Assembly (NCBI GenBank): GCA_050998755.1
Contig: JBPCPW010000095.1
Span: 8,546-72,545 of the forward strand
Source of the DNA: Candidatus Dormibacteria bacterium
Lineage (GTDB): Bacteria; Chloroflexota; Dormibacteria; DASZGP01
Length of the DNA stretch: 64,000 nucleotides
Direction of reading: 5' to 3'
In this document: piece after piece, positions 30,526 through 39,444 of the stretch
Layout of the letters: each line of letters starts with the position of its first letter
How positions within the stretch are numbered: position 1 is the first letter of the stretch
Made by a program: the position numbers and the translations under genes
The notes under the pieces: generated by a model
What the model saw: only the letters and a program-made list of their open reading frames with translations
What the model was told of the DNA's origin: nothing
Database searches by the model: none

Positions 30526-30968
30526 GGGTCACCCTCGCAGAGAGCGACGGGCACCGGTCCGGGCCTGAGGAACTCATTCCTGGCGCGACCTTCGAGTTGA
30601 CCAGGTCGGTCACCGAGGAGATGTCGGCACGCCACCTCGGCAGCGGGTCGGTGGGGGTGCTGGCGACCCCCGCGATGATCGCCATGATGGAGGGCGCCGC
30701 GACCCTCTGCGTGCAGCCGTTTGTCGGCCCGGGCAAGACCACGGTTGGCTACATCGTCAACATTCGCCACCTGGCCCCGACCGCCATCGGGGGCGAGGCG
30801 ATGGCGCGGGCGTCGGTCACCGCCGTGGATGGCAAGCGGATCACTTTCAACGTTCAGTGCTTCGAGGGCGACAAGAAGGTGGGCGACGGCGAGCACGTGC
30901 GGGTGGTCATCGAGAGCGGCGCGTTCCTGGACGGAGCGACCGGGGGCGCGTCAGCCGGGAGTATGTGA
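30522..30968 (+). CDS. hotdog-fold acyl-CoA thioesterase (PaaI/FcoT-like)
   Basis: 148 aa with the typical hotdog central-helix block LGSGSVGVLATPAMIAMMEGAA. Overlaps the TPP-enzyme stop (ATGA). Confidence 0.7.
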   Translation: MRVTLAESDGHRSGPEELIPGATFELTRSVTEEMSARHLGSGSVGVLATPAMIAMMEGAATLCVQPFVGPGKTTVGYIVNIRHLAPTAIGGEAMARASVTAVDGKRITFNVQCFEGDKKVGDGEHVRVVIESGAFLDGATGGASAGSM

Positions 30969-31023
30969 GATAGAGGATCCCAGGGGCAGGCTCCCAGGAC
31001 CCGCGCGGGCCGCGGTTGACGCG

Positions 31024-31566
31024 TTGAGCCGGGCCGTCAGGGCGCGCTGGGTGCTGGCGGGGCGCGGGAGGTATGTCATCGGTGAGGACTTCATCAGCAA
31101 CGGCCGGCTCCGGCTTGCTGGCCCGGGGCGGATCCGGGTTGGTGACCGCTGCAACGCGTGGGCGCGCGCCGAGAGCAACGTGCTCCAGACCTTCGACCCC
31201 GCTGCGGTGATCACCATCGGCAATAACGTGCGCCTCAACGGTGCCGGGCTCCAGGCCGCGGCTCGGATCACCGTTGGGGACGACTGCATTCTGGGTTCCT
31301 GCACCATCGTCGACACCGACCACCACCCCGTTGCTGTGGACCGGAGACGCTCCGGGCAACCCCCGGCGGCCGCCCCGATCACCATCGGCCGCAACGTCTG
31401 GGTCGCGGGCATGGCCGCGGTGCTGAAGGGGGTGACGATTGGCGACGACTCGGTGGTGGCATTCGGCGCGGTGGTGGCCTCCGACGTGCCGGCCGGCGTG
31501 GTGGTCGCCGGGAACCCGGCGCGCGTGGTCAAGAACCTCTACGAGGACGACCCCGCGAGCGGCTGA
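31024..31566 (+). CDS. hexapeptide-repeat (left-handed beta-helix) acetyltransferase
   Basis: Repeated [LIV]-G-x-x-x-x hexads (ITIGNNVRLNG, ITVGDDCILG, ITIGRNVWVAG, VTIGDDSVVAFG). Start uncertain: TTG at 31024 or GTG at 31051. Confidence 0.65.
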   Translation: MSRAVRARWVLAGRGRYVIGEDFISNGRLRLAGPGRIRVGDRCNAWARAESNVLQTFDPAAVITIGNNVRLNGAGLQAAARITVGDDCILGSCTIVDTDHHPVAVDRRRSGQPPAAAPITIGRNVWVAGMAAVLKGVTIGDDSVVAFGAVVASDVPAGVVVAGNPARVVKNLYEDDPASG

Positions 31567-31595
31567 AATGCCCTTCGGGCGATTAGGGTTCCTTA

Positions 31596-32711
31596 ATGAA
31601 CGTGGAGCAGGGAACCAGGGCGCGTAGTGGGTCGGCGGCCGGACGCCGGCCGTTCTCCTCGATGGAGCCGCACCAGGTGCGCGCGTGGGCGCGGGATCGC
31701 AAGCTCCCGGCATACCGCGCCGACCAGCTGCTGGCGCGGTTCTACCGGTCCGCGGCCACGTCCTTTGCCGAGATCAGCGAGCTCCCCGCGGACCTGCGTG
31801 AGGCCCTGGAGTCGGAGTTCGTTTTCAGCGCGGTCGAGGCCGCGCACACCGCGGTTGCCGACAACGGCGCGACCCTCAAGGAGCTCTACCGCCTGCCCGA
31901 TGGTGAGCTCGTCGAGTGCGTCTGCATGCACTACCGCCGCACCTCCATCAGCTCGGAGCGAACCACCCTGTGCCTCAGCACCCAGGTGGGCTGCGCCGTG
32001 CGTTGCCCGTTTTGCGCCACCGGTCTCGCCGGCCTGCGGCGCAACATGGTGGCGGCGGAGGTCATCGACCAGGTCCTGGCCGTCAACCGGGGCCGCCTGC
32101 GCGAGGGCGGCCGTGTCAGCCATCTGGTTTACATGGGCATGGGCGAGCCGCTGCACAACGTGGATGCGACCCTCACCTCGGTGCGCCGATTCACCGACCC
32201 GGCGGCGCTGGGCCTGGGGGTGCGTCGGGTCACCGTCTCGACCTCCGGGGTGGTGCCCGGGATCGACGAGCTGGCGGCCAAGGGAGGCGGGGTCAACCTC
32301 GCCGTGTCACTCCACTCGCCCAACGATCACCTGCGCAACCGGCTCGTGCCCCTCAACCGCAAGTGGCCGGTGCGCCAGGTCATTGCCGCTGCCCACCGCT
32401 ACGCCGCGGTGACCCACCGCAGGGTTTCCTACGAGTACGTCATGCTGGGCGGCGTCAACGACTCCCCCGAGCTTGGGGATGAGCTTGGCGCTCTGCTGCG
32501 CGGTCACCTGGCCCACGTCAACCTGATCCCCTACAACGCCATCCCCGGCGACCCCTTCCAGGGGGCGACGCCCGGCTCCATCGCCGAGTTTCGCCGCCGC
32601 GTGCGCGGGCAGGGGGTGGAATGCACCATCCGGGACACGCGGGGAAGGGACATTGCCGCCGCCTGCGGGCAGCTCAGGGCGGAGGCCGAGGTCGTGCATG
32701 GGGCCGTCTGA
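31596..32711 (+). CDS. rlmN: 23S rRNA (A2503-C2)/tRNA methyltransferase RlmN, radical SAM
   Basis: CxxxCxxC radical-SAM motif (GCAVRCPFCATG). Conserved C-terminal Cys region. Typical RlmN length. Confidence 0.85.
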   Translation: MNVEQGTRARSGSAAGRRPFSSMEPHQVRAWARDRKLPAYRADQLLARFYRSAATSFAEISELPADLREALESEFVFSAVEAAHTAVADNGATLKELYRLPDGELVECVCMHYRRTSISSERTTLCLSTQVGCAVRCPFCATGLAGLRRNMVAAEVIDQVLAVNRGRLREGGRVSHLVYMGMGEPLHNVDATLTSVRRFTDPAALGLGVRRVTVSTSGVVPGIDELAAKGGGVNLAVSLHSPNDHLRNRLVPLNRKWPVRQVIAAAHRYAAVTHRRVSYEYVMLGGVNDSPELGDELGALLRGHLAHVNLIPYNAIPGDPFQGATPGSIAEFRRRVRGQGVECTIRDTRGRDIAAACGQLRAEAEVVHGAV

Positions 32712-33795
32712 ACATATGGGCCGCGCCATCCTGCAGGCCGCCCGCGCCCGGCATTCCACCAGTCCCAACCCGATGGTCGGCGCGGTCATCGTCCGTGACG
32801 GCGTGGTCATCGGCGAGGGGCATCACCGCGTCGCCGGCGGGCCTCACGCCGAGGTCGCCGCGCTGCGCCAGGCAGGCACCGCCGCCAGCGGCGCGACGAT
32901 GTACGTGACCATGGAACCGTGTGCCCACCAGGGGCGAACCGGACCATGCAGTGACGCCGTCGTCGCGGCCGGGTTGACCCACGTTGTCGTGGCCCACCGC
33001 GACCCCTCTCCCGGGGTGAACGGTCGTGGGCTCCGAAGGATGCGCGACGCCGGCATCACCGTGGCGGTCGGCGATGGCGAGCACCAGGCGCGCGCGCTCA
33101 ACCCCGGTTGGCTCAGGGCTGTCGCCGGGAAGCGGCCTTTCCTGGCCCTCAAGTTCGCCGCCACGCTGGATGGCAAGACCGCCACGCGCACCGCCGATTC
33201 GCGCTGGATCACCGGCGAGCTCGCCCGCGCCGAGACGCACAGGCTGCGCGGTGCCTACGACGCCGTCCTGGTGGGCGCCAACACGGTCATTGCTGATGAC
33301 CCCCAGCTCAATGTCCGCGCGGCCGGACGCCGGCGCGCCGCGGGCCGGCAGCCGCTGCGAGTGGTGATCGATGGCCGCCTGCGCACCGACCCGGCAGCCC
33401 GCATCCACGATGTGGGTGAGGGTGGCGGCAGCCTGGTGCTCGCCGCGGAGTTGGCGGCGGCATCCCGGCTGGCCCGCTTCGCCCGTCTTGGGGTGGAGGT
33501 TGAGGTGCTCGACACCCCCATGCCGAGCGGCGCGCGCTTGCTGGAGGCCTTACACCGCCGGGGCATCGGCAGTGTGCTGGTCGAGGGTGGCGGCGACCTC
33601 GCCTGGTCGTTTGTCAAGGAGGGGCTGGTGGAGCGCGTTTACGCCTTCGTTGGCCCCCTGGTCATCGGCGGCAGCACAGCCCCGACCCCAGTGGGCGGTG
33701 AGGGCTTCGAGCGCCTGGCACAGGCGCTTCGCCTGGAGATCGTCAGGGTGCGCAGCCTTGGACCGGACGTGTTGATCGAGGCCGTCGCCGCCTGA
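32698..33795 (+). CDS. ribD: bifunctional riboflavin biosynthesis deaminase/reductase RibD
   Basis: CMP/dCMP deaminase zinc motif HAEVAAL...MEPCAHQGRTGPC plus C-terminal RibD reductase domain. ATG at 32698 overlaps the rlmN stop. Confidence 0.85.
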   Translation: MGPSEHMGRAILQAARARHSTSPNPMVGAVIVRDGVVIGEGHHRVAGGPHAEVAALRQAGTAASGATMYVTMEPCAHQGRTGPCSDAVVAAGLTHVVVAHRDPSPGVNGRGLRRMRDAGITVAVGDGEHQARALNPGWLRAVAGKRPFLALKFAATLDGKTATRTADSRWITGELARAETHRLRGAYDAVLVGANTVIADDPQLNVRAAGRRRAAGRQPLRVVIDGRLRTDPAARIHDVGEGGGSLVLAAELAAASRLARFARLGVEVEVLDTPMPSGARLLEALHRRGIGSVLVEGGGDLAWSFVKEGLVERVYAFVGPLVIGGSTAPTPVGGEGFERLAQALRLEIVRVRSLGPDVLIEAVAA

Positions 33796-34431
33796 ATGTT
33801 CAGCGGAATCGTCGCCGAGGTAGGCACGGTGGAGCTGGTGGAGCCCGGCCGGATTCGGGTTCGCGGCGCCCAGGCCCTGCGGCGGACCTCGGTCGGCGGC
33901 AGCGTGGCGGTCAACGGCGTCTGCCTCACCGCCTCGCGGCTGGAGGATGGCTGCTTCGAGGCCGACGTCATGCCGGAGACCTTTCGCCGGACATCGCTGG
34001 CCAAGCTCCAGGCCGGGTCGCGCGTCAACCTTGAGCCGGCGCTGGCGTACGGGGAAGAGGTCGGTGGACACCTCGTCCAGGGCCACGTCGACGGCACCGG
34101 GGAGGTGGTCCGGACCAAGGACGAAGGCAACGCCCGCTGGCTGGACATCAGGGTGCCGGACGATCTCCTGCGCTACTGCGTGGCCAAGGGCAGCCTGGCC
34201 ATCGACGGCACCAGTCTTACGATTGTCACAGTCGAATCCGGCGTGGTGGCGGTCAGCCTGATCCCCCACACGCTCGGATCGACCATCGCCTCCGCGTACC
34301 GGCCTGGTTCGGTGGTCAACCTGGAGGTCGACATCCTGGCCAGGTACGTGGCCAATTTCCTGGCCTCCGCGGAGGTCGACAACCCGGGACCGACCGGACA
34401 CCCCGGCGGCCACCCAACCCCAGGTGAATAG
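33796..34431 (+). CDS. ribE: riboflavin synthase alpha subunit
   Basis: MFSGIVAEVGTV start and duplicated lumazine-binding halves (GHVDGTGEV). Confidence 0.85.
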   Translation: MFSGIVAEVGTVELVEPGRIRVRGAQALRRTSVGGSVAVNGVCLTASRLEDGCFEADVMPETFRRTSLAKLQAGSRVNLEPALAYGEEVGGHLVQGHVDGTGEVVRTKDEGNARWLDIRVPDDLLRYCVAKGSLAIDGTSLTIVTVESGVVAVSLIPHTLGSTIASAYRPGSVVNLEVDILARYVANFLASAEVDNPGPTGHPGGHPTPGE

Positions 34432-35631
34432 ATGCCAGTGATCTCCATCGACCACGCCCTGGACGACTACAGGGGCGGCAAGTTCCTGATCGTGGTCGAC
34501 GACGAGGACCGTGAGAACGAGGGCGACCTGGTGATCGCAGCCGACTTCATCTCCGCCCCGGCGATCAGCTTCATGGCGACCCACGCCCGCGGCCTGATCT
34601 GTACCCCGATGGAGGGCTCGCGGCTGGACGACCTGCAGATCGAGCCGATGGTCGGGCGCAACACCGCGCCCCTGGGCACCGCCTTCACCGTGTCGGTGGA
34701 GGCCCGCCACCGGGTGACCACCGGGATCAGCGCGGAGGACCGGGCGAATACCGTCAAGGCCCTGATCGATCCGACCAGCAAACCGATCGACTTCGTCAAG
34801 CCGGGCCACACGTTCCCCCTGCGGGCACGCGAGGGCGGGGTGCTGGTGCGGGCCGGCCAGACCGAGGCAGCCGTGGACCTCAGCCGCCTGGCGGGTCTCT
34901 ACCCCGCCGGGGTGATCTGCGAAATCATGAAGGACGACGGGACAATGGCGCGAATGCCAGACCTGCTGGAGTTTTCTCAGAAGCACGGCATCGGCATTGT
35001 CACCATCAAGGACCTCATCGCCCACCGACAGCGCTTTGAGAAGCTGGTGGAGCTCAAGGCGAAGGCCAAGATGCCAACCGAGTACGGCATATTCCAGATC
35101 TACGGCTATGAGGACTCGATCAAGGGCGAGACCCACGTGGCCCTGGTGATGGGGGATATCAGCCCCGACCAGCCCGTTCTCCTCCGGGCCCATTCGGAGT
35201 GCCTCACCGGCGACGCCTTCCACAGTCTGCGCTGTGACTGCGAGCAACAGCTGCACCGCTCCATGGAGATGATTGCCGAGGCGGGGTCGGGGGTGATCCT
35301 GTACCTGCGCCAGGAGGGCCGGGGTATCGGCCTGATCGCCAAGCTGATGGCCTACGAGCTCCAGGACCAGGGCATGGACACCGTTGAGGCCAACGAGGCC
35401 CTGGGTCTCCCAGTCGACAAGCGCGACTACGGCATCGGCGCCCAGATCCTGGCCGATATCGGGGTGCGCAAGATCCGGCTGATCTCCAACAGCCCGCGCA
35501 AGTACTACGGGATCGAGTCGTTCGGCCTCGAGATCGTCGAGCGGATCCCACTGGTCATCCCCTCCAACGAGCACAACGTGCGCTACCTGCGCACCAAGTC
35601 GGAGAAGCTCGGCCACATAATGCACGACTGA
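34432..35631 (+). CDS. ribBA: bifunctional 3,4-dihydroxy-2-butanone-4-phosphate synthase / GTP cyclohydrolase II
   Basis: DHBP synthase block [18 protein letters not shown] zinc Cys motif [17 protein letters not shown]. Confidence 0.9.
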   Translation: MPVISIDHALDDYRGGKFLIVVDDEDRENEGDLVIAADFISAPAISFMATHARGLICTPMEGSRLDDLQIEPMVGRNTAPLGTAFTVSVEARHRVTTGISAEDRANTVKALIDPTSKPIDFVKPGHTFPLRAREGGVLVRAGQTEAAVDLSRLAGLYPAGVICEIMKDDGTMARMPDLLEFSQKHGIGIVTIKDLIAHRQRFEKLVELKAKAKMPTEYGIFQIYGYEDSIKGETHVALVMGDISPDQPVLLRAHSECLTGDAFHSLRCDCEQQLHRSMEMIAEAGSGVILYLRQEGRGIGLIAKLMAYELQDQGMDTVEANEALGLPVDKRDYGIGAQILADIGVRKIRLISNSPRKYYGIESFGLEIVERIPLVIPSNEHNVRYLRTKSEKLGHIMHD

Positions 35632-36095
35632 TGGAAGTCAAGGTGGGCGCCCTCGATGCGTCGGGCAAGTCGTTCGCGGTGGTGGTCGCACGCTTCAACG
35701 ACTTCGTAACCGGCAAGCTCCTGGAGGGCGCGGTGGATGCGCTGGTCCGCATGGGGGCTGACGAGGCGGCGATCACCGTGGTCTGGGTTCCCGGGGCCTT
35801 TGAGATCCCGGTGGCTGCTGCCCGGCTGGCCCGCGGCGGCAAGCACTCCGCGATCATCTGCCTGGGGACTGTGATCCGGGGTCAGACGCCGCACTTCGAC
35901 TACGTGGCCGGGCAGTGCGCACAGGGGATCGCGGCGGTGGCCCGCCAGAGTGGGGTGCCGACGATCATGGGCGTCCTGACCACCGAGACCATGGAGCAGG
36001 CGATCGATCGAGCCGGGGGGAAGATGGGCAACAAGGGGGCTGAAGCCGCGGCGGCTGCGGTCGAGATGGCCGACCTGCTGGACAAACTCGACTGA
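35631..36095 (+). CDS. ribH: 6,7-dimethyl-8-ribityllumazine synthase
   Basis: [20 protein letters not shown]...[10 protein letters not shown] signature. Confidence 0.9.
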   Translation: MEVKVGALDASGKSFAVVVARFNDFVTGKLLEGAVDALVRMGADEAAITVVWVPGAFEIPVAAARLARGGKHSAIICLGTVIRGQTPHFDYVAGQCAQGIAAVARQSGVPTIMGVLTTETMEQAIDRAGGKMGNKGAEAAAAAVEMADLLDKLD

Positions 36096-36134
36096 CCTCG
36101 CCGCGACACCCGCAGGGGGCGCCTAGCGGGTCAG

Positions 36135-36326
36135 CTAGACCGCCGCGTGTTTGGCTGAGGTGCGAAGGCACCGGGTGCAGACACGCGCCTTCACCCGCTT
36201 TCCGGCGATCACCACCGTGGCGGCCTGGAGGTTGGGCATGAAGCGGCGACGGGTGCGGACCTTCGAGTGGCTGACGTTGTTACCCGCGACCGGCTTCTTG
36301 CCGCAGATGGCGCACTGCTGAGCGAT
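36135..36326 (-). CDS. rpmB: 50S ribosomal protein L28, with no canonical start codon (candidate ATC start)
   Basis: Minus-strand translation (M/I)AQQCAICGKKPVAGNNVSHSKVRTRRRFMPNLQ... matches L28. The in-frame region back to the stop (plus 36389-36391) has no ATG/GTG/TTG. AGGGAG lies 8 nt before the ATC (plus 36324-36326). Absent from the ORF track. Confidence 0.7.
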   Translation of the reverse strand: MAQQCAICGKKPVAGNNVSHSKVRTRRRFMPNLQAATVVIAGKRVKARVCTRCLRTSAKHAAV

Positions 36327-36477
36327 GACGTTGACTCCCTGTTTCTGGACGTGCGTAACCTTTGTACGCGGCGGTGGATTCTAACATGTGTTCGAGGGGG
36401 CGCCCGGCCATCCCTGGCGCGTCCCAGAAAGCGACAATGAACTCCACTTCAACCCCCATCACCGCGCCAGGAGGGCC

Positions 36478-36846
36478 ATGAACCGCATCTTGCAGCAGCA
36501 GGACCTCGGCAGGATCGAGGTCTCGCGCCAGGTCATAGCGTCCATTGCCGGACACGCCGCCAATGAGTGCTATGGGATCGTTGCAATGGCCGCTCGTGGG
36601 CTCCGGGACGGCCTGGCCGAGCGCCTGCAGCGGGAGAACCTGCACCGCGGCGTCGAGGTCAAAGTCGACGCCGATGGCATCGATATCGACCTCTATGTGG
36701 TTGTCGAATACGGGGTCCGGATCGTGGAGGTCGGGCGGAGTCTGCAGGACGCGGTCCGGTACCAGTGTGAGAAGACGCTGGGCATCAAGGTCAAGCAGGT
36801 GAACGTGAACGTGCAGGGTATCCATTACGAGGAGCTGGCGAGCTGA
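36478..36846 (+). CDS. Asp23/Gls24-family protein (YloU-like)
   Basis: RIEVSRQVIASIAGHAANECYGIV and the rest of the Asp23 fold. ATG at 36478. Conserved position before yloV. Confidence 0.8.
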   Translation: MNRILQQQDLGRIEVSRQVIASIAGHAANECYGIVAMAARGLRDGLAERLQRENLHRGVEVKVDADGIDIDLYVVVEYGVRIVEVGRSLQDAVRYQCEKTLGIKVKQVNVNVQGIHYEELAS

Positions 36847-38570
36847 TGGCGGCCATCTCGCGCGTGGATGGGGTGCTTTTCAAGCGCGGCCTGTACGGCT
36901 CCCGGGCCTGGCTTACCGCCAACCGCGAGCGGGTCAACCAGCTGAACGTCTTCCCGGTTCCCGATGGGGACACCGGGACCAACATGCTCCTGACCCTTGA
37001 ATCGGCCATCGAGGAGATCGCCAACGAGGACAGCAGCGACCTCTCGGTGGTCAGCGGGCGGGTGGCGCACGGCGCCCTGATGGGAGCGCGCGGCAACTCC
37101 GGCGTGATCCTGTCCCAGGTCCTGCGGGGCTTCTCGCAGGGTGTCGGCGACGCCACGTCGGTCGACACCCAGCAGCTGGCCAAGGGCTTCGAGGAGGCCA
37201 CCAGCGTGGCCTATCGTGGTGTGACCAAGCCCACCGAAGGGACCATCCTGACCGTCGCCCGCAAGGTGTCTGAGGCGGCGCTGGCCAAGGCCCCCTCGAT
37301 TACCGACATCGCCGAGATGATGGAGATCGTGGTCAACGCCGCCCAGCGGGCGGTGGATGAGACCCCAAGCCAACTCGCGGTGCTGAGGGAGGCCGGGGTG
37401 GTCGACGCCGGCGGGTACGGGCTGATGATCATCCTGGAGGGCTTCCTAAAGACCGTCAAGGGACAGGAGATCCCGGGCTCGGTGCCCGTCGGGGCGGCCG
37501 CCGCCACGACGGCTCCCGTCGGGGCCCTGGAGCCCGCTGCGGCAAAGGTCGGCGCCTTTGCGCTTGAGACTCCCGAGGAGGGTTGGGGTTTCTGCACCGA
37601 GTTCCTGATCGAGGCGCCGAAGAAATCTTTCGCCCTGGTCCGGGAGGAGCTGACCCCACTGGGCAATTCCGCGGTCATCGTGGGGGACGACAAGCTGGTG
37701 CGGGTGCATATCCACACCCTGGACCCGGGCTCGCTGATCGCCCACGCGACGGGCTACGGGACGTTGCAGAAGCTGAAGGTCGAGGACATGACCCGCCAGC
37801 ACCACGAGATCCTCGCCCATGATGCCCCCGTCCCCGGCAGCAACGCCGCGTCGGTCCCCGCGGCCTCCAGCAACGGATCGAGCAATGGCCTGGCGGCCGC
37901 GGTCGCCGCGGTCGCCGGGGATGTCGGGGTTGTCGCGGTGGCAGTGGGAGGCGGCTTCAGGCGCATCTTCGAGGACCTCGGGGCGTCGGTGGTCGAGGGC
38001 GGGCAGACCATGAATCCGAGCACCGAGGACCTGCTCCAGGCCTGCAACGCGGTGGCCGCCGGCAGGGTGATCATCCTGCCCAACAACAAGAACGTGATCA
38101 TGACCTCGCAGCAGGTCCAGGGGCTCTGCGAGAAGGAGGTCCGGGTGGTGCCGTCGCGCACCGTGCCGGAGGGGATCTCGGCAATGCTCAACCTTGACGG
38201 GGAGGGCGATTTCGAGGCCACCGTGAAGGCCATGACCGACTCCCTCGAAGGGGTCCAGACCATCGAGGTCACCACCGCGGTCAGGAGTACCTCGGTTGAG
38301 GGGCTGAAGATCAAGAACGGCGACTCGATCGCCGTGGTCAACGGCAAGATCAAGGCCGCCGGCAAGTCCCCCCGGGAGGTCATCGATGGCGCGCTGGAGC
38401 ACGTCAAGCCCGAGGGCTACGAGCTCCTGACGATATATGCGGGCGAGGAGATTGACGAGGCTGCGCTGGCGGAGACCACCGACCACCTCAAGGAGCGATT
38501 CCCCAAGCTGACGGTCGAGGCCCAGCGCGGGGAGCAGAGCCACTACCCCTACATCCTGTCGCTGGAATGA
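36846..38570 (+). CDS. DAK2-domain protein YloV
   Basis: N-terminal Dak2 motif FPVPDGDTGTNMLLT. About 570 aa. Start overlaps the asp23 stop (ATGA). Confidence 0.85.
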   Translation: MAAISRVDGVLFKRGLYGSRAWLTANRERVNQLNVFPVPDGDTGTNMLLTLESAIEEIANEDSSDLSVVSGRVAHGALMGARGNSGVILSQVLRGFSQGVGDATSVDTQQLAKGFEEATSVAYRGVTKPTEGTILTVARKVSEAALAKAPSITDIAEMMEIVVNAAQRAVDETPSQLAVLREAGVVDAGGYGLMIILEGFLKTVKGQEIPGSVPVGAAAATTAPVGALEPAAAKVGAFALETPEEGWGFCTEFLIEAPKKSFALVREELTPLGNSAVIVGDDKLVRVHIHTLDPGSLIAHATGYGTLQKLKVEDMTRQHHEILAHDAPVPGSNAASVPAASSNGSSNGLAAAVAAVAGDVGVVAVAVGGGFRRIFEDLGASVVEGGQTMNPSTEDLLQACNAVAAGRVIILPNNKNVIMTSQQVQGLCEKEVRVVPSRTVPEGISAMLNLDGEGDFEATVKAMTDSLEGVQTIEVTTAVRSTSVEGLKIKNGDSIAVVNGKIKAAGKSPREVIDGALEHVKPEGYELLTIYAGEEIDEAALAETTDHLKERFPKLTVEAQRGEQSHYPYILSLE

Positions 38571-39403
38571 CGCGGATCGTGGTCGATTCCACGAGCGACC
38601 TCCCGACCGCGACGATGGAGGAGCTGGGGATCCTCATGGTTCCGCTGAAGGTGCATTTTGGCACCGAGGAGTTCCGCGACCGGGTTGAGCTGGGCCAGGA
38701 CGATTTCTTCAAGAAGCTGGCGGAGGCCAGCGAACTGCCCAAGACCTCGCAGCCATCACCGGGCGAGTTCCTGGAGGCCTATCAACGGATCCCGGACAAC
38801 GATTCGATCCTCAGCATCCACCTCTCGGAAAAGCTCTCAGGGACGTACCAGTCGGCGGTCCTCGCCGCCCGGGAGCTCCCGGGCCGCGACATCCGGGTCA
38901 TCGACACCGGTAACGTGACCGCAGCCGCCGGCCTCCTGGTACTGGTTGCCTCGGACATGCTCAAGCAGGGCAAGGGCCCCGAAGAGGTCGAGGAGGCGCT
39001 GGTCGAGATGCGCGAAAGGACCCGGCTGCTGGCGATCCTCGACACCCTGAAGTACGCGGTGATGGGCGGCCGCGTGAGCAAAGTCCAGGGCGCCCTGGGC
39101 GGCCTGCTCCGGGTCAAGGCGGTGATGCTGGTGCAGATGGGCGAGATCCATCGCCTGCCGCCTGCGCGGACCTGGGGCCAGGCGTTCCGGAGGGTGGTGG
39201 ACGACATCAAGGCGCACGGCGGCGCGGACCGGATTGCGGTGATCGACGCCCAGGCCCCGGACAGCCGCGCTGCCCTTCGCGCGGAACTGGAAAAGACATT
39301 CCCGGGGACCCCGATCGTCGAGGGGTCGCTGGGGGCGGTCATCGGTACGCATGCCGGCCCCGGCGCCGTGGGCTGCGCGTACATCGCCAAGCGGGCCGGC
39401 TGA
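38567..39403 (+). CDS. DegV-family fatty-acid-binding protein
   Basis: MTRIVVDSTSDLP start and DegV fold blocks. ATGA overlap with yloV. Confidence 0.85.
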   Translation: MTRIVVDSTSDLPTATMEELGILMVPLKVHFGTEEFRDRVELGQDDFFKKLAEASELPKTSQPSPGEFLEAYQRIPDNDSILSIHLSEKLSGTYQSAVLAARELPGRDIRVIDTGNVTAAAGLLVLVASDMLKQGKGPEEVEEALVEMRERTRLLAILDTLKYAVMGGRVSKVQGALGGLLRVKAVMLVQMGEIHRLPPARTWGQAFRRVVDDIKAHGGADRIAVIDAQAPDSRAALRAELEKTFPGTPIVEGSLGAVIGTHAGPGAVGCAYIAKRAG

Positions 39404-39444
39404 CCCCCACCGACGCTCTCCAGCTCCAGGCCCCGGTCACCACC

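Noticed and set aside
32600-32700. Search for an FMN riboswitch upstream of ribD
   Set aside because: ribD overlaps rlmN, so no leader exists. Nothing rfn-like was recognised.
33550-35625. 691-aa minus-strand ORF antisense to ribE/ribBA
   Set aside because: It lies entirely opposite well-supported rib genes. Arg/Gly/Ala-rich translation is typical of GC-rich antisense frames. The same holds for 6307..7566(-), 12455..14128(-), 40720..42078(-), 47013..48545(-), 30907..31713(-) and 61332..62705(-).
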